The notes under the pieces were generated by a model. The model did not search any database. It was not told the DNA's origin and was given only the letters and a program-made list of their open reading frames with translations. The position numbers were made by a program, and so were the translations under genes. Positions 46,468 to 54,421 of a stretch of 64,000 nt of DNA are shown piece after piece. Source of the DNA: a virus. Positions within the stretch are counted from its first letter, which is position 1, and every line of letters begins with the position of its first letter. The stretch covers positions 11,134 through 75,133 of the IMG/VR virus record IMGVR_UViG_3300017963_000253; one strand, given 5' to 3'.

Positions 46468-46860
46468 ATGGACGCTTCTGTGAATAAGGTCATTTTGATC
46501 GGGCGGCTGGGAACGGACCCGGAACTCCGGTACTTTGACTCCGGGAAGGCGCTCTGTAACTTCTCCCTGGCGACTAACCGGAGTTGGAAGGACCGAAACG
46601 GGGAGAGTCAGGAGCGGACGGACTGGCACCGTATCGTAACCTGGTCGCGACTTGCGGAGAACTGCTCCAAGTACCTGGAGAAGGGAAGGAAGGTCTTCGT
46701 GGAGGGGCGTCTGGAGACCCGGAACTGGGAGGACGAGGAGGGGAAGCGTCACTACATCACGGAGGTGGTGGCGAGCAATGTACTCTTTCTCGGCGGCGGG
46801 AGCGTTAACGAGGGACCTCCTCCGACGCAGGAGGAATTGGACGAGGACCTTCCCTTTTGA
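46468..46860 (+). CDS. ssb: single-stranded DNA-binding protein
   Basis: [19 protein letters not shown]...DEDLPF. Confidence 0.96.
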   Translation: MDASVNKVILIGRLGTDPELRYFDSGKALCNFSLATNRSWKDRNGESQERTDWHRIVTWSRLAENCSKYLEKGRKVFVEGRLETRNWEDEEGKRHYITEVVASNVLFLGGGSVNEGPPPTQEELDEDLPF

Positions 46861-47714
46861 GACTGAAGCAATCCATTTGCCCGGGGTACGTTTGGGAGGA
46901 CCCGGAGGGTCTGCACCTGATCGCTTGCGGGGACTTCCGGGACCCGGGCCTGCTTCGCGGGCTCCTGAAGCGGTTCGGGGAGGAGGAGTTCCAACTCACG
47001 CTCGCGGATCCTCCCTACGCGGTGGCATCGGAGAAGCAGCGGATCCAGTTGGAGGGGCGTAAGGACCAGTTCCTGACGGAGAAGTGGGACCTCCTGACAC
47101 CGGAGGAACTGAGAGACCTCCTCGTTCGTCTGTGTCTGGAGGTCACGCGGGTTACTCCCGCCGGGAACGTCTGGATCTGGACCTCCGACTGGTACGTCTC
47201 GGAGCTGAAGTGGGAGCTGAAGCGTCTCGGACTCCGGGTCTGGCCCACCTACGTCTGGTGCAAGTCCAACCCACCTTGGCAGGTCCGGAAGTCGAACCCC
47301 GCCTCCGCCTGCGAGTTCCTGGTGATGGCCAGCAAGAAGGGGAACTATTTTGAACTAGACGCCCTCCCGAAGCAGCGAAACTGGTTCGTTGCCTCCGCGT
47401 CCGGGGAGTTGGATTACTCCCCTGCGGTCTCCCCCTACTGGGTGGAGCGCCCGGTGGTTCACGCCGCGGAGCGCCTCCGGAAGGTGGGGGAGAAGGAGTT
47501 CCTGAATCGCGCCCAGAAGCCGCTAGACGTGACGGAGGCCCTTGTTCGCGCCGGGTGTCCGGAGGGTGGTTTGCTCCTGGACCTCTGCGGGGGGACCGGA
47601 ACAGGGTTACTCGCAGCGGAGCGGACGGGTCGCCGCTGCGTCTACGTGGAGAAGGACCCAACGCAGGTGCGGGCGGCGGGACGCCGCCTCCTGGAGGAGC
47701 GGAGGAATGGTTAA
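46857..47714 (+). CDS. orphan DNA methyltransferase (N6A/N4C, beta class)
   Basis: [17 protein letters not shown]. Confidence 0.88.
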   Translation: MRLKQSICPGYVWEDPEGLHLIACGDFRDPGLLRGLLKRFGEEEFQLTLADPPYAVASEKQRIQLEGRKDQFLTEKWDLLTPEELRDLLVRLCLEVTRVTPAGNVWIWTSDWYVSELKWELKRLGLRVWPTYVWCKSNPPWQVRKSNPASACEFLVMASKKGNYFELDALPKQRNWFVASASGELDYSPAVSPYWVERPVVHAAERLRKVGEKEFLNRAQKPLDVTEALVRAGCPEGGLLLDLCGGTGTGLLAAERTGRRCVYVEKDPTQVRAAGRRLLEERRNG

Positions 47715-48414
47715 GAGACTCAGGGACCCCGGGTACGGTCCCTTCGTGGGGATAGACCAGTCCGCGCGTGGGACCGCCGCGGTCGCCATCGTGGACGGGA
47801 AGATGGCGGGGCTTTTCTTCTACGCGGACACGAAGACGAAGGCGGCGGAGATCCGTAAGTCTTTAGACTCTAAGGATATCACCGTATTGGATCCTATAGA
47901 GGTGAAGGCCGCTGATGAGTGGGGTCGAGTGGAGCGACTAGCTCATTTACGGGGGTGTCTCCGCGCCTTTCTTCGAAGATGGAATCCCGTCAACGCTGCC
48001 TTGGAGGATTACGCTTTATCTAGGAAGGCATTCGTTCACTTCCTTGGGGAGGTGGGTGGCGTCGTTCGATTGGAGTTTCGAGCGGCTGAGATCCCGTTCC
48101 GGGCTTACGACGTGCAGGCGGTGAAGATGTTCGCCACCGGGAGGGGGGACGCGGAGAAGGCGGACATGGTTCTGGCCTGCCGGGACCGCTGGGAGGGTCT
48201 GAACTTCCTGGAGTACGGGAAGACGGAGAAGGCCGCGGGGAACGTGGCGGATGCCTACGTCATCGCGCAGCTCCTCCGGACGGAGATCCTCATTCGCGCC
48301 GGGGTGGTGAAGCTGGAGGATATTCGGGAGGAGGAGCGCCGGACCTTCCTCCGGACTACGAAGCAGCGCCCGGTGAACATCCTGGACACCCCGTTCGCGG
48401 TGAGGGCCAGCTGA
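47707..48414 (+). CDS. ruvC: RuvC-like Holliday junction resolvase
   Basis: VGIDQS, ALEDY, LGEVGGVVR, VKMFATGRGDAEKADM, VADAY. Confidence 0.85.
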   Translation: MVKRLRDPGYGPFVGIDQSARGTAAVAIVDGKMAGLFFYADTKTKAAEIRKSLDSKDITVLDPIEVKAADEWGRVERLAHLRGCLRAFLRRWNPVNAALEDYALSRKAFVHFLGEVGGVVRLEFRAAEIPFRAYDVQAVKMFATGRGDAEKADMVLACRDRWEGLNFLEYGKTEKAAGNVADAYVIAQLLRTEILIRAGVVKLEDIREEERRTFLRTTKQRPVNILDTPFAVRAS

Positions 48415-48701
48415 TGACCCGCTACTTCGACATCCCCGGGGGGTTGGTTCTAGAGCTAGAGGACGTCCTGGAGGGGATCACCGGGGACTTGAACCGGGAG
48501 ATGGAGAAGAATCTCCGGGAGGTGGTGAAGGACGTCTACCAAGACGGGGCGGCGGACCTCTCCACCGCGGTGGTCGAGGAGGCGCTGAACGTACTGGACC
48601 TCCCGTTGAAGTTGCTTGTGGACGAGCTAGACCGCGCCGGGTGGGATTTACGCAGGCGGCACCGGGGCGGTAGGATGAGGCGCGTGAAGAAACTCGCTTA
48701 G
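48414..48701 (+). CDS. hypothetical protein
   Basis: TGATG coupling. Confidence 0.65.
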   Translation: MTRYFDIPGGLVLELEDVLEGITGDLNREMEKNLREVVKDVYQDGAADLSTAVVEEALNVLDLPLKLLVDELDRAGWDLRRRHRGGRMRRVKKLA

Positions 48702-48716
48702 AGAGGAGGAGATGTT

Positions 48717-48977
48717 ATGTCAGAGTTGCTGCAGGAGGACGCGAATCCGGAGGAGGCGATCGAGTTCGCTAAGGACCTCCTGGACGACATCGAGATCCTG
48801 AGGGAGAAGGAGGACGGAGGGGAACTCCCCTCCTACGCCCGGGACTTCGCGGATGAGGTGGACGAGAAGGTGGAGGGGATCCTGGACTGGATGGACGTGG
48901 AGTCCCACGTGACGGAGAAGCAGATCTCCACCCTGAACGGGATCCGCGGCGGCGTGGACCGTTGGTTGGGTAGGTGA
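48717..48977 (+). CDS. acidic hypothetical protein
   Basis: GAGGAGG RBS. Confidence 0.7.
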   Translation: MSELLQEDANPEEAIEFAKDLLDDIEILREKEDGGELPSYARDFADEVDEKVEGILDWMDVESHVTEKQISTLNGIRGGVDRWLGR

Positions 48978-48978
48978 G

Positions 48979-49464
48979 ATGCTGGCGGGACTCCTCCTCC
49001 GGACCGGACTCCTCCTCTCCCTCCGCGGGGAGGTCCTGGAGTCCGGGCTCCTTTCCTACTACTGGCCCGGGGACTCGACGGGGACGGGTTCCGTCTTGGC
49101 GTGCGACCGTCCGAAGCGGCGGAGGTTCTACCGGAGGGGGAGCGTTCACGTGGCGATGCGGACCTGGTACCGCCTGGGGTGCGGGACTGAGGTCCTTCTC
49201 TGCGCCTCGGACACTTCTCGCTGCGCGCTGGCTCCCGTCCTGGACTCCGGTCCCTGGGGGATCGTCCGGGGACCGCTCCGGAACGCGCGGGCGGAGGGGC
49301 GCTGGAGGCGTCCCCGGAGCGCGGTGGAGGCAAATACCTGGCTCCGCGCCCTCCCGGAGGGGTGGAGGTTTCGCGGGGTTGCGGACCTCTCCGTAGCGCT
49401 CTGGAAGAAGCTCGGGAGACCGTTGCCTCTGACCCAGATCTCGATCTACCGCTTGAGGCGCTGA
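48979..49464 (+). CDS. RlpA/DPBB-like cell-wall protein
   Basis: SYY, HVAMR..LGCGTEV, VLDSGP, ADLSVALWKKLG. Confidence 0.65.
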   Translation: MLAGLLLRTGLLLSLRGEVLESGLLSYYWPGDSTGTGSVLACDRPKRRRFYRRGSVHVAMRTWYRLGCGTEVLLCASDTSRCALAPVLDSGPWGIVRGPLRNARAEGRWRRPRSAVEANTWLRALPEGWRFRGVADLSVALWKKLGRPLPLTQISIYRLRR

Positions 49465-49466
49465 GG

Positions 49467-49877
49467 ATGTATTGCAAGATGGACCTGGACGACGCCTTTG
49501 TCATGGAGCGGATGGAACCGCGGACGCGCGCTTGCGCCTGCAAATCGGTCCCGGTTGCGTCCTCGACTTCCTACGGGTGCGTCTGCCCCGTTTGTAGATC
49601 TGAATGCCGGGAGTGCCCCGGGTTCGGTTACGCCGCGCCTCCGAAGAAGCGGGTTCATCAGATCCTCTCCCGGGTCCGGGGGCAGATCCGCCGCCGGATG
49701 AGAATTCACGGTAGACCACCGGGGTTCGTCCGTTTAACCTTCCTGGAGATCCGGCAGCTGCTCCGGAAGCGGAGCGCGGAGGAGGCGGATCACTGGATCC
49801 GGGACTTTGTGGAACCGGGTCCACCGCTAAGAGTTTACGACGTGATAGTGGTCACAGATCGGAGAAGAGAGGAATGA
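49467..49877 (+). CDS. Cys-rich hypothetical protein
   Basis: CACK, CVCPVC, CREC. Confidence 0.55.
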   Translation: MYCKMDLDDAFVMERMEPRTRACACKSVPVASSTSYGCVCPVCRSECRECPGFGYAAPPKKRVHQILSRVRGQIRRRMRIHGRPPGFVRLTFLEIRQLLRKRSAEEADHWIRDFVEPGPPLRVYDVIVVTDRRREE

Positions 49878-51001
49878 AGCAGGTAACGCAGTATACGACC
49901 GCGGAGGCCCGGGACTTCTTCGAGCGCCTCTCCACCTACAGCGCGGAGTACGTCCGGGTCGCTATCCCGAAGATTCACGCGCACTGGCCCTCGAGCAACT
50001 ACTACGACGAGTGGAGGTACGATCACCCAATCGGACACGTTCTACACTACACGGCGGGGACCTCCTTCGCGGGGACGGTCCGTCACTTCGTAACCCAGCA
50101 CCGCGCCTCCAGTCACTGGGTGATCGGGAAGGCCCTGGACAGACGCTTCGAGCAACTCCGGTTGAACCTGGACCTAGACTTGGCGCTCCGCTCGGAGTGC
50201 GTCCAGATCGTACCCCCGGACCGACCGGCCTGGCACGCGGGGTGGGTCAACCGAATCCTCGCGGGGACGGAGTTGCGGAACGCCGGGATCCTCCGCCCCG
50301 TCCCGAAGGGGAAGCCGGTTCACCCCGGGCGGATCTCCCGGGGCGACTTCTTCTCCTGCGGGAAGTACGAAGTCGAGGACCTGGATTTCTACTGGTGGCC
50401 GGGTGGTTGGAGCACGCCCTTCCGCGGGGAGGTCCTTCGGGTGAAGACCCCGGGCGGCGTTTCCTTTTGGGAGACCTTCTCCCGGGGGCAGCTCTCCACC
50501 CTTGTCACCGTCCTGCGGTACCTGAACTCCCTCTACCCGGAGAAGTTGGACCCGGTCTGGACGCTGGCTCACCACAACCTCGACCCCGGGAAGAACGACG
50601 TGGTCCTACCTCTCCCCCTGAACGAGATCCGGGAGTCCGTCCTCTTCTCCAACGAACACGTCGACGAGTTGGACTGGCTCGCGGAGTACGACGACTTCGA
50701 GGACGACTTCGAGGACTTGGACGATCCGCTCCTCCTCCGGGAGTCGGACGACCGCCAGCGGGACAGAGCGGAGGAGGACCTGGACGACTTCGACCCGGGG
50801 GACATTCGCGGGAAGGTGGACACCCCGGAGGAGACCAAGGAGGCGCTCCGGCGGTTCGCCTTCTGGACGGAGGAACCGCAGGACGTGGTTCGCTCTGTTC
50901 GGATCTTCCAGCGCGGTCGTCGCCTTCGGGTGGACGGGGACGCGGGACCGGAGACCAACGGACGCCTGGAGCGGGAGCTGAAGGAGTGGCGGATCCGCTG
51001 A
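49874..51001 (+). CDS. endolysin: N-acetylmuramoyl-L-alanine amidase (Amidase_2) + peptidoglycan-binding domain
   Basis: VLHYTAG, ASSHWVI, AWHAG, AHH...KND; FQRGRRLRVDGDAGPET. Confidence 0.88.
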   Translation: MKQVTQYTTAEARDFFERLSTYSAEYVRVAIPKIHAHWPSSNYYDEWRYDHPIGHVLHYTAGTSFAGTVRHFVTQHRASSHWVIGKALDRRFEQLRLNLDLDLALRSECVQIVPPDRPAWHAGWVNRILAGTELRNAGILRPVPKGKPVHPGRISRGDFFSCGKYEVEDLDFYWWPGGWSTPFRGEVLRVKTPGGVSFWETFSRGQLSTLVTVLRYLNSLYPEKLDPVWTLAHHNLDPGKNDVVLPLPLNEIRESVLFSNEHVDELDWLAEYDDFEDDFEDLDDPLLLRESDDRQRDRAEEDLDDFDPGDIRGKVDTPEETKEALRRFAFWTEEPQDVVRSVRIFQRGRRLRVDGDAGPETNGRLERELKEWRIR

Positions 51002-51003
51002 CT

Positions 51004-51019
51004 CATCTCGGTTAGGAGT
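51004..51019 (+). promoter_or_regulatory. phage promoter motif
   Basis: CATCTCGGTTAGGAGT, starting 20 nt before the ATG at 51024. Confidence 0.65.
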
Positions 51020-51023
51020 AGAC

Positions 51024-51635
51024 ATGTCGAGCGAACTCTTCTACGTCCGCGTCTACCGCCCCTCTGAGGTCTTCGAGTGCGAGGTAGAGGTGGACCCGGA
51101 CCTGATCGGCCTAGACGACGAGTCGGAGGCGGAGAACACGGACCCGAAGCGGGAGGCGCTCCGGCTCGCGTTGAAGCAAGCCAAGTCCGGTCGGGGGAAG
51201 CAGGTTCCCGGGGCGGGGGAGGAGTTCGTCGCGCTGATCTGGAACGAGGAGAACGTCCTCTCCACCCACACCCTCTTACGGTCCTCCGAGAAACTCCGGA
51301 GATTAAAGGAGATGACGGAGGATCCCGTCTACGGGCTGATGCCGGACGTGAGATTGAAGTTCCTGGAGATCTTGAACCCGCTTCTGGGGGAGGTAGAGCG
51401 AGATGAATCCGAACACCGGGGGACTATACCCGATAGAGAAGGACGAGAACTGAGTGGAGAGGTTCCGGAAGCAGTCGGAGAGCCTGAAGGAGGCGCTCCG
51501 GCGGGCGCGGGAGTCGGAGGACCGCAGAGCGGCGGACAGCGAACCGCTACCCGGAACCGCCGTCCCCGCCGAGTGGCCCCGGTTCAACGTCGGAGACGAA
51601 GTCGGGCCGGTAAAGGGGTGGCTGATGACGGTTGA
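51024..51635 (+). CDS. hypothetical protein
   Basis: ORF after the motif; 3' third overlaps the next gene. Confidence 0.6.
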   Translation: MSSELFYVRVYRPSEVFECEVEVDPDLIGLDDESEAENTDPKREALRLALKQAKSGRGKQVPGAGEEFVALIWNEENVLSTHTLLRSSEKLRRLKEMTEDPVYGLMPDVRLKFLEILNPLLGEVERDESEHRGTIPDREGRELSGEVPEAVGEPEGGAPAGAGVGGPQSGGQRTATRNRRPRRVAPVQRRRRSRAGKGVADDG

Positions 51636-51741
51636 GTCCATCGACGTCCTGAAGCAGACGATCACCCTCCGTCCCTCCCGGAAGGCGGGTCGGAAGAGCA
51701 AGCGGGGGAACCGAAGGAAGCGGAAGCGGGGGCGTAAATGA
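51403..51741 (+). pseudogene. small basic protein interrupted by an in-frame TGA (51451-51453), or starting at GTG 51454
   Basis: GGAGG...ATG MNPNTGGLYPIEKDEN*VERFRKQ in one frame. Confidence 0.4.
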
Positions 51742-51932
51742 GTGAAGACCCCAGAGACCCCAGAGATCGCTACGTGACGGTTTGCGCAGCGTGTCTCCGT
51801 GCTTCCTGCTGGCAAGGTCGCTTCTACTGTGACACCGCGCGGGACGCCGGGACTCGGGAGCTTTCTGTCTCTCATCTGAAGAGGTTAGACCTGGAAAATC
51901 CTGAGTACTGGGAGGAGGATAGAGATGAGTAA
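51738..51932 (+). CDS. small Cys-rich protein
   Basis: VCAACLRASCWQGRFYC. Confidence 0.65.
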   Translation: MSEDPRDPRDRYVTVCAACLRASCWQGRFYCDTARDAGTRELSVSHLKRLDLENPEYWEEDRDE

Positions 51933-52599
51933 GCGCGTGATCGTTACGGGCGGGTGCGGATTCCTGGGTTCCCACGTCGTCGACGAGTTGCTGGAGAGGG
52001 GTCACTCCGTGACGGTGGTGGACAACCTTTCCTCCTGCTGGATGGAGGAGTCCGGGGGAAATCCAACCCCGAGGTTTCAGCGGGATGAGGCGGAGTACAA
52101 CTTCTTCTGCATGGAGGAGGGTCGCTGGACGCTTTTGGAGGGCGTGGCGGAGGCGGAGGCGGTTATTCACCTCTCCAAGCGTCACCCCCTGGAACCGGAG
52201 CGCCCGTTGGTCACTTCCGCCTGGAACGGGTACGTCTCCGGGGGGATCTCCCTCCTGAACTTCCTCTTGGACATCCGCGCGCCGTTGAAGCGCTTCGCGG
52301 CGGTGGGGACCGCGGAGGCGTTCGACGCGCGGGGTAGACCCGCCCCGTTCTTCCCGGTAGAGCGCGCGCTGAGTTCCTGGCTGGAGCACTGGCACCGCCC
52401 ACCCGCGCTTGGGGCGTACATGGTTAACTTCCAGGAGTTGACCGGGGAGAGAAGACTCCCGGAGGCGGGGGAGGTGGGTCCGGGGTACTCCGCACCCGTA
52501 ACTTGGGCCGCTCGAGAACTGGCGGATCTCGCGGACGGGACGCGGAAGCATCAGAAGGCATCGAGACTCTTCCCGATATACAAGTTGACGGAGTTATGA
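51925..52599 (+). CDS. degenerate NAD-dependent epimerase/dehydratase
   Basis: VTGGCGFLGSHVVDELLERGHSVTVVDNLS; no YxxxK visible. Confidence 0.75.
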   Translation: MSKRVIVTGGCGFLGSHVVDELLERGHSVTVVDNLSSCWMEESGGNPTPRFQRDEAEYNFFCMEEGRWTLLEGVAEAEAVIHLSKRHPLEPERPLVTSAWNGYVSGGISLLNFLLDIRAPLKRFAAVGTAEAFDARGRPAPFFPVERALSSWLEHWHRPPALGAYMVNFQELTGERRLPEAGEVGPGYSAPVTWAARELADLADGTRKHQKASRLFPIYKLTEL

Positions 52600-52940
52600 G
52601 TAAGAACGGGTACGCCATACTCCGGACCTCCACCCTGGCGTGGCTTCTGGAGCAGTCGAAGTCGAAAGTAGGGGAAGCGCCTCATCAAGTCCTCTCGGAG
52701 ATTGCGGAGTTGGTGGAGAACCCGAAGGTGGAACCACCTCCGGATCTGGAGTTGGAACTCCGGGGATCCGGTCCGCTCCTGACGGTAGAGGAGCACGTCT
52801 CGCTCCTGGAGGACGCGGACCTGGGACTCCCGACGGATCGTCACGGTGGAAGCTTCTGGAGGCTGGTGGTGAAAGTCTGTCACGAGATGCTGGTAAACGA
52901 GGCGGAGGCGGCGCGCCGCATCTCCGCGGACGGAGGTTAG
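52596..52940 (+). CDS. hypothetical protein
   Basis: ATGA overlap. Confidence 0.6.
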   Translation: MSKNGYAILRTSTLAWLLEQSKSKVGEAPHQVLSEIAELVENPKVEPPPDLELELRGSGPLLTVEEHVSLLEDADLGLPTDRHGGSFWRLVVKVCHEMLVNEAEAARRISADGG

Positions 52941-52945
52941 AAGAG

Positions 52946-53749
52946 ATGAGCAAGGACAAGTTGACGCGCACGGAGCTGGAGCAACGGTTAAGGGAGATGG
53001 AGCAGAAGGTCTCCCACATCCGGGTGCTAGCCGCGGAGCTGGAGGGAGATAAGCGGAAGAAGTTGGCGGCGGAGGTGGAGCGCCTCGCCGCGGACGTGAA
53101 GACCGCTTTGGAGGGGTTCTCCGGTTTGTCGGAGGAGGTCCACGTCGCGTTCAAGCAGTTGGAGGCGTTTGGGAAGACCCTGAAGCAGTTGGTCAACTCC
53201 GTCAACTCCAACGCCGTCATGTTGAACGTCCTGGAGACTTGGATGGATAAGAACCACCCGGACTGGGACGAGGGGACGAGGCAGGAGGCGGAGATGCGCT
53301 CCAATCTCCTGAAGGAACGCGCCTCTATCGCTCAGGAAGCGCAGAAGATGGGCAAGGAGAAGGCGCTCTCCGGGGAGGAACTCGAGGAGCGCCGGAAGAA
53401 GGCCGCACGCCTCTGGGAGATTGCGAAGATCCTGGGGTGCGAGGGGAACGACGCGCCGATGATCCTGGCGATGTACCTCCAGGCCCGGGACGTGGAGACC
53501 GCCGCGGAGTTTGTCAAGGAGGTGGAGGAGTCCGAGGTGGAGGTCTTGGAGGAGGTCCTCCCGCTGATGAAGTCCCTCCTGGAGAGACTGGAAGACCTCC
53601 GGAATGAGGTGAAGTTGGAGACCGGGAACCTGAAATCCGTTCCTCCGGTGGATTCGGACGCGGAGGAGGCGGAAGCCGCGGAGACGCTCCGGGAGATGAG
53701 GGAGAGTCAGGCGAAGGCCTCCTTCGAAACACCGGAGAAGAACGCCTAG
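52946..53749 (+). CDS. coiled-coil hypothetical protein
   Basis: GGAGG RBS; helical, Glu-rich. Confidence 0.7.
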   Translation: MSKDKLTRTELEQRLREMEQKVSHIRVLAAELEGDKRKKLAAEVERLAADVKTALEGFSGLSEEVHVAFKQLEAFGKTLKQLVNSVNSNAVMLNVLETWMDKNHPDWDEGTRQEAEMRSNLLKERASIAQEAQKMGKEKALSGEELEERRKKAARLWEIAKILGCEGNDAPMILAMYLQARDVETAAEFVKEVEESEVEVLEEVLPLMKSLLERLEDLRNEVKLETGNLKSVPPVDSDAEEAEAAETLREMRESQAKASFETPEKNA

Positions 53750-53814
53750 CATCCAGGTGGATCCCTATTTTGAGGATCCGGTAGAGTGAGTTTCTTCGAA
53801 GCGAGACCCCTCTC

Positions 53815-54048
53815 TTGAGTAGAAGGTTCATAGCCAGCGGACGTCGCCGCGCCGTTGCCCCGAGAAGGAGTAGTCCCGGGGATCCTCCCGGGTCCCTCCT
53901 CGGGGAGAAGCGGATCTGCTGCTCTTACTGTGGGGAGGAGTTCCCCGCCTCCAAGTTGAGGCAGGTCCCGAAGAACGTAGACCCCAGCGCGCCGCGGCGG
54001 TTCGTCTGCCTCGACTGCTTGGGTCCGGAGGAAGGTTCGAATGAGTAA
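53815..54048 (+). CDS. small zinc-finger protein
   Basis: CSYC...CLDC; start uncertain. Confidence 0.55.
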   Translation: MSRRFIASGRRRAVAPRRSSPGDPPGSLLGEKRICCSYCGEEFPASKLRQVPKNVDPSAPRRFVCLDCLGPEEGSNE

Positions 54049-54406
54049 GGTCATTTCCGGGGTGTACCTGGACGGTATAGTCGAGGAGGCGGTGGAGCGC
54101 CTTGGGAAGTTTCAGACCCGAGACGCGGAGTTCGAGGCGCGCTTCGGTAAGTGGACCCGCCCGGAATTCGCTAAGCGGTATCCCCTGGAGGCGTGGGTGA
54201 ACAAGTTCATCCACTTCTCCCCGGTGGAGGAGGGGATCATCGACGTGAAGCCTTTCCTCCTCCGGATGGCCCCTGAGGACCGGAGGATCGCGGGGGAGAT
54301 CGCTCGCTTCGTCTCGGAGGAGGTGGAGGGTAAGTGGGCGACGGACTCCACCCTGAAGATGTTCCGCCTGAGCTTCGCCCGTAGGTTGGACGCCTGCGGT
54401 TTCTGA
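54041..54406 (+). CDS. hypothetical protein
   Basis: RBS and ORF. Confidence 0.65.
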   Translation: MSKVISGVYLDGIVEEAVERLGKFQTRDAEFEARFGKWTRPEFAKRYPLEAWVNKFIHFSPVEEGIIDVKPFLLRMAPEDRRIAGEIARFVSEEVEGKWATDSTLKMFRLSFARRLDACGF

Positions 54407-54421
54407 GAGAGGAAGGTCAAG

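Noticed and set aside
18848-46752. Long minus-strand ORFs (e.g. 18848-20389, 40230-41291, 45265-46752)
   Set aside because: Antisense shadows of high-GC + strand genes; no motifs or RBS.
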